Origin: Promethearchaeota archaeon
GTDB lineage: Archaea; Asgardarchaeota; Odinarchaeia; Odinarchaeales; JBHLKK01
Assembly: GCA_048939565.1 (NCBI GenBank)
Contig: JBHLPJ010000015.1
Coordinates: 1-15,789, forward strand
Direction of reading: 5' to 3'
DNA: 15,789 nt
Shown: piece by piece, positions 15,356 through 15,789 of the stretch
Layout of the letters: each line of letters starts with the position of its first letter
Position numbering within the stretch: position 1 is the first letter of the stretch
Translations under genes and position numbers: made by a program
The notes under the pieces: generated by a model
Told to the model about the DNA's origin: nothing
The model's database searches: none
Seen by the model: the letters and a program-made list of their open reading frames with translations, nothing else

Positions 15356-15789
15356 TTACACATTGCTTTTCTCTTTCAATCCTGTGCTACCTGAGACATC
15401 AGTTTTTGGATAGCGAACAAACGCCAGAAGCGCGGCAGAAAGCAGTGCCAAAATCGCTCCATATATGAAGGTGGCAACAGGATTTACATACTCCCAAAGC
15501 AGCCCGGCAAAAATACCTGCCGGTAATGTTGACAGGCTTATGGCGGTGTGGAAAGTACCTAGAGCTGTTCCTCGCAATTCGCTTTCCACCAAATCAGAAG
15601 CCAATGCTCTCTGCGTTCCTTCAATTAATGCATTAACCAAGCCGTATAAGGCAAAAACGATAATTAGTAATTCCAGAGAGCTTGGAAGAATGATAGATAT
15701 GCAAGTTATTCCGAAAAGCACGTATCCTAAGAGAAGAACAGGCTTCCGTCCAATCTTGTCTGAGATCATGCCGCTCGGTATGGAGAATA
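15356..15789 (-). CDS. MFS transporter, C-terminal part (5' end outside the window)
   Basis: Hydrophobic TM-rich sequence with the MFS loop motif SDKIGRKP. The frame stays open upstream of the listed Met to the window edge (…FSIPSGMISDKIGRKP). Confidence 0.7.
   Translation of the reverse strand, partial: FSIPSGMISDKIGRKPVLLLGYVLFGITCISIILPSSLELLIIVFALYGLVNALIEGTQRALASDLVESELRGTALGTFHTAISLSTLPAGIFAGLLWEYVNPVATFIYGAILALLSAALLAFVRYPKTDVSGSTGLKEKSNV

Noticed and set aside
1-15789. CRISPR arrays, transposons, prophage or defence islands
   Set aside because: There are no regularly spaced repeats and no integrase, transposase or nuclease-like ORFs. All long ORFs have housekeeping, metabolic or transport signatures.

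Overview
The window is an archaeal chromosomal fragment. It is AT-rich, has BRE/TATA-type promoters about 25 nt upstream of the RNA genes, bulge-helix-bulge (BHB) introns, an archaeal-type 5S rRNA, and Trm5/Taw2, archaeal PPAT and DUF1512-like genes. Protein genes: Trm5/Taw2-family tRNA modification enzyme (-); DUF1512-like membrane protein translationally coupled to a small membrane zinc-ribbon protein (+); phosphopantetheine adenylyltransferase (+); a tight aconitase, ATP-citrate lyase beta, ATP-citrate lyase alpha, isocitrate dehydrogenase operon (+); M29 aminopeptidase (-); a MacB/FtsX-type ABC ATPase and double-FtsX permease (+); and a truncated MFS transporter (-). The unusual content is in three RNA genes. 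(1) The 5S rRNA gene is circularly permuted. Its 3' half precedes its 5' half, helix I is closed by a UUCG tetraloop, and the gene is flanked by a near-canonical BHB whose predicted cleavage and ligation restores the conserved CACGGAAGUUAAGC junction, implying a circular 5S rRNA. (2) Next to it is a tRNA-Trp(CCA) with three introns (37/38, 46/47, 59/60) and an encoded CCA. (3) A roughly 290-nt GC-rich structured RNA lies between the Trm5/Taw2 gene and the DUF1512 gene. It carries RNase P-like motifs in a cyclically rotated order (II, III, IV, V, I), so it may be a second permuted RNA. That assignment is tentative and made by eye. I saw no CRISPR array, transposase or integrase. All homology statements come from motif recognition by eye, with no searches run.
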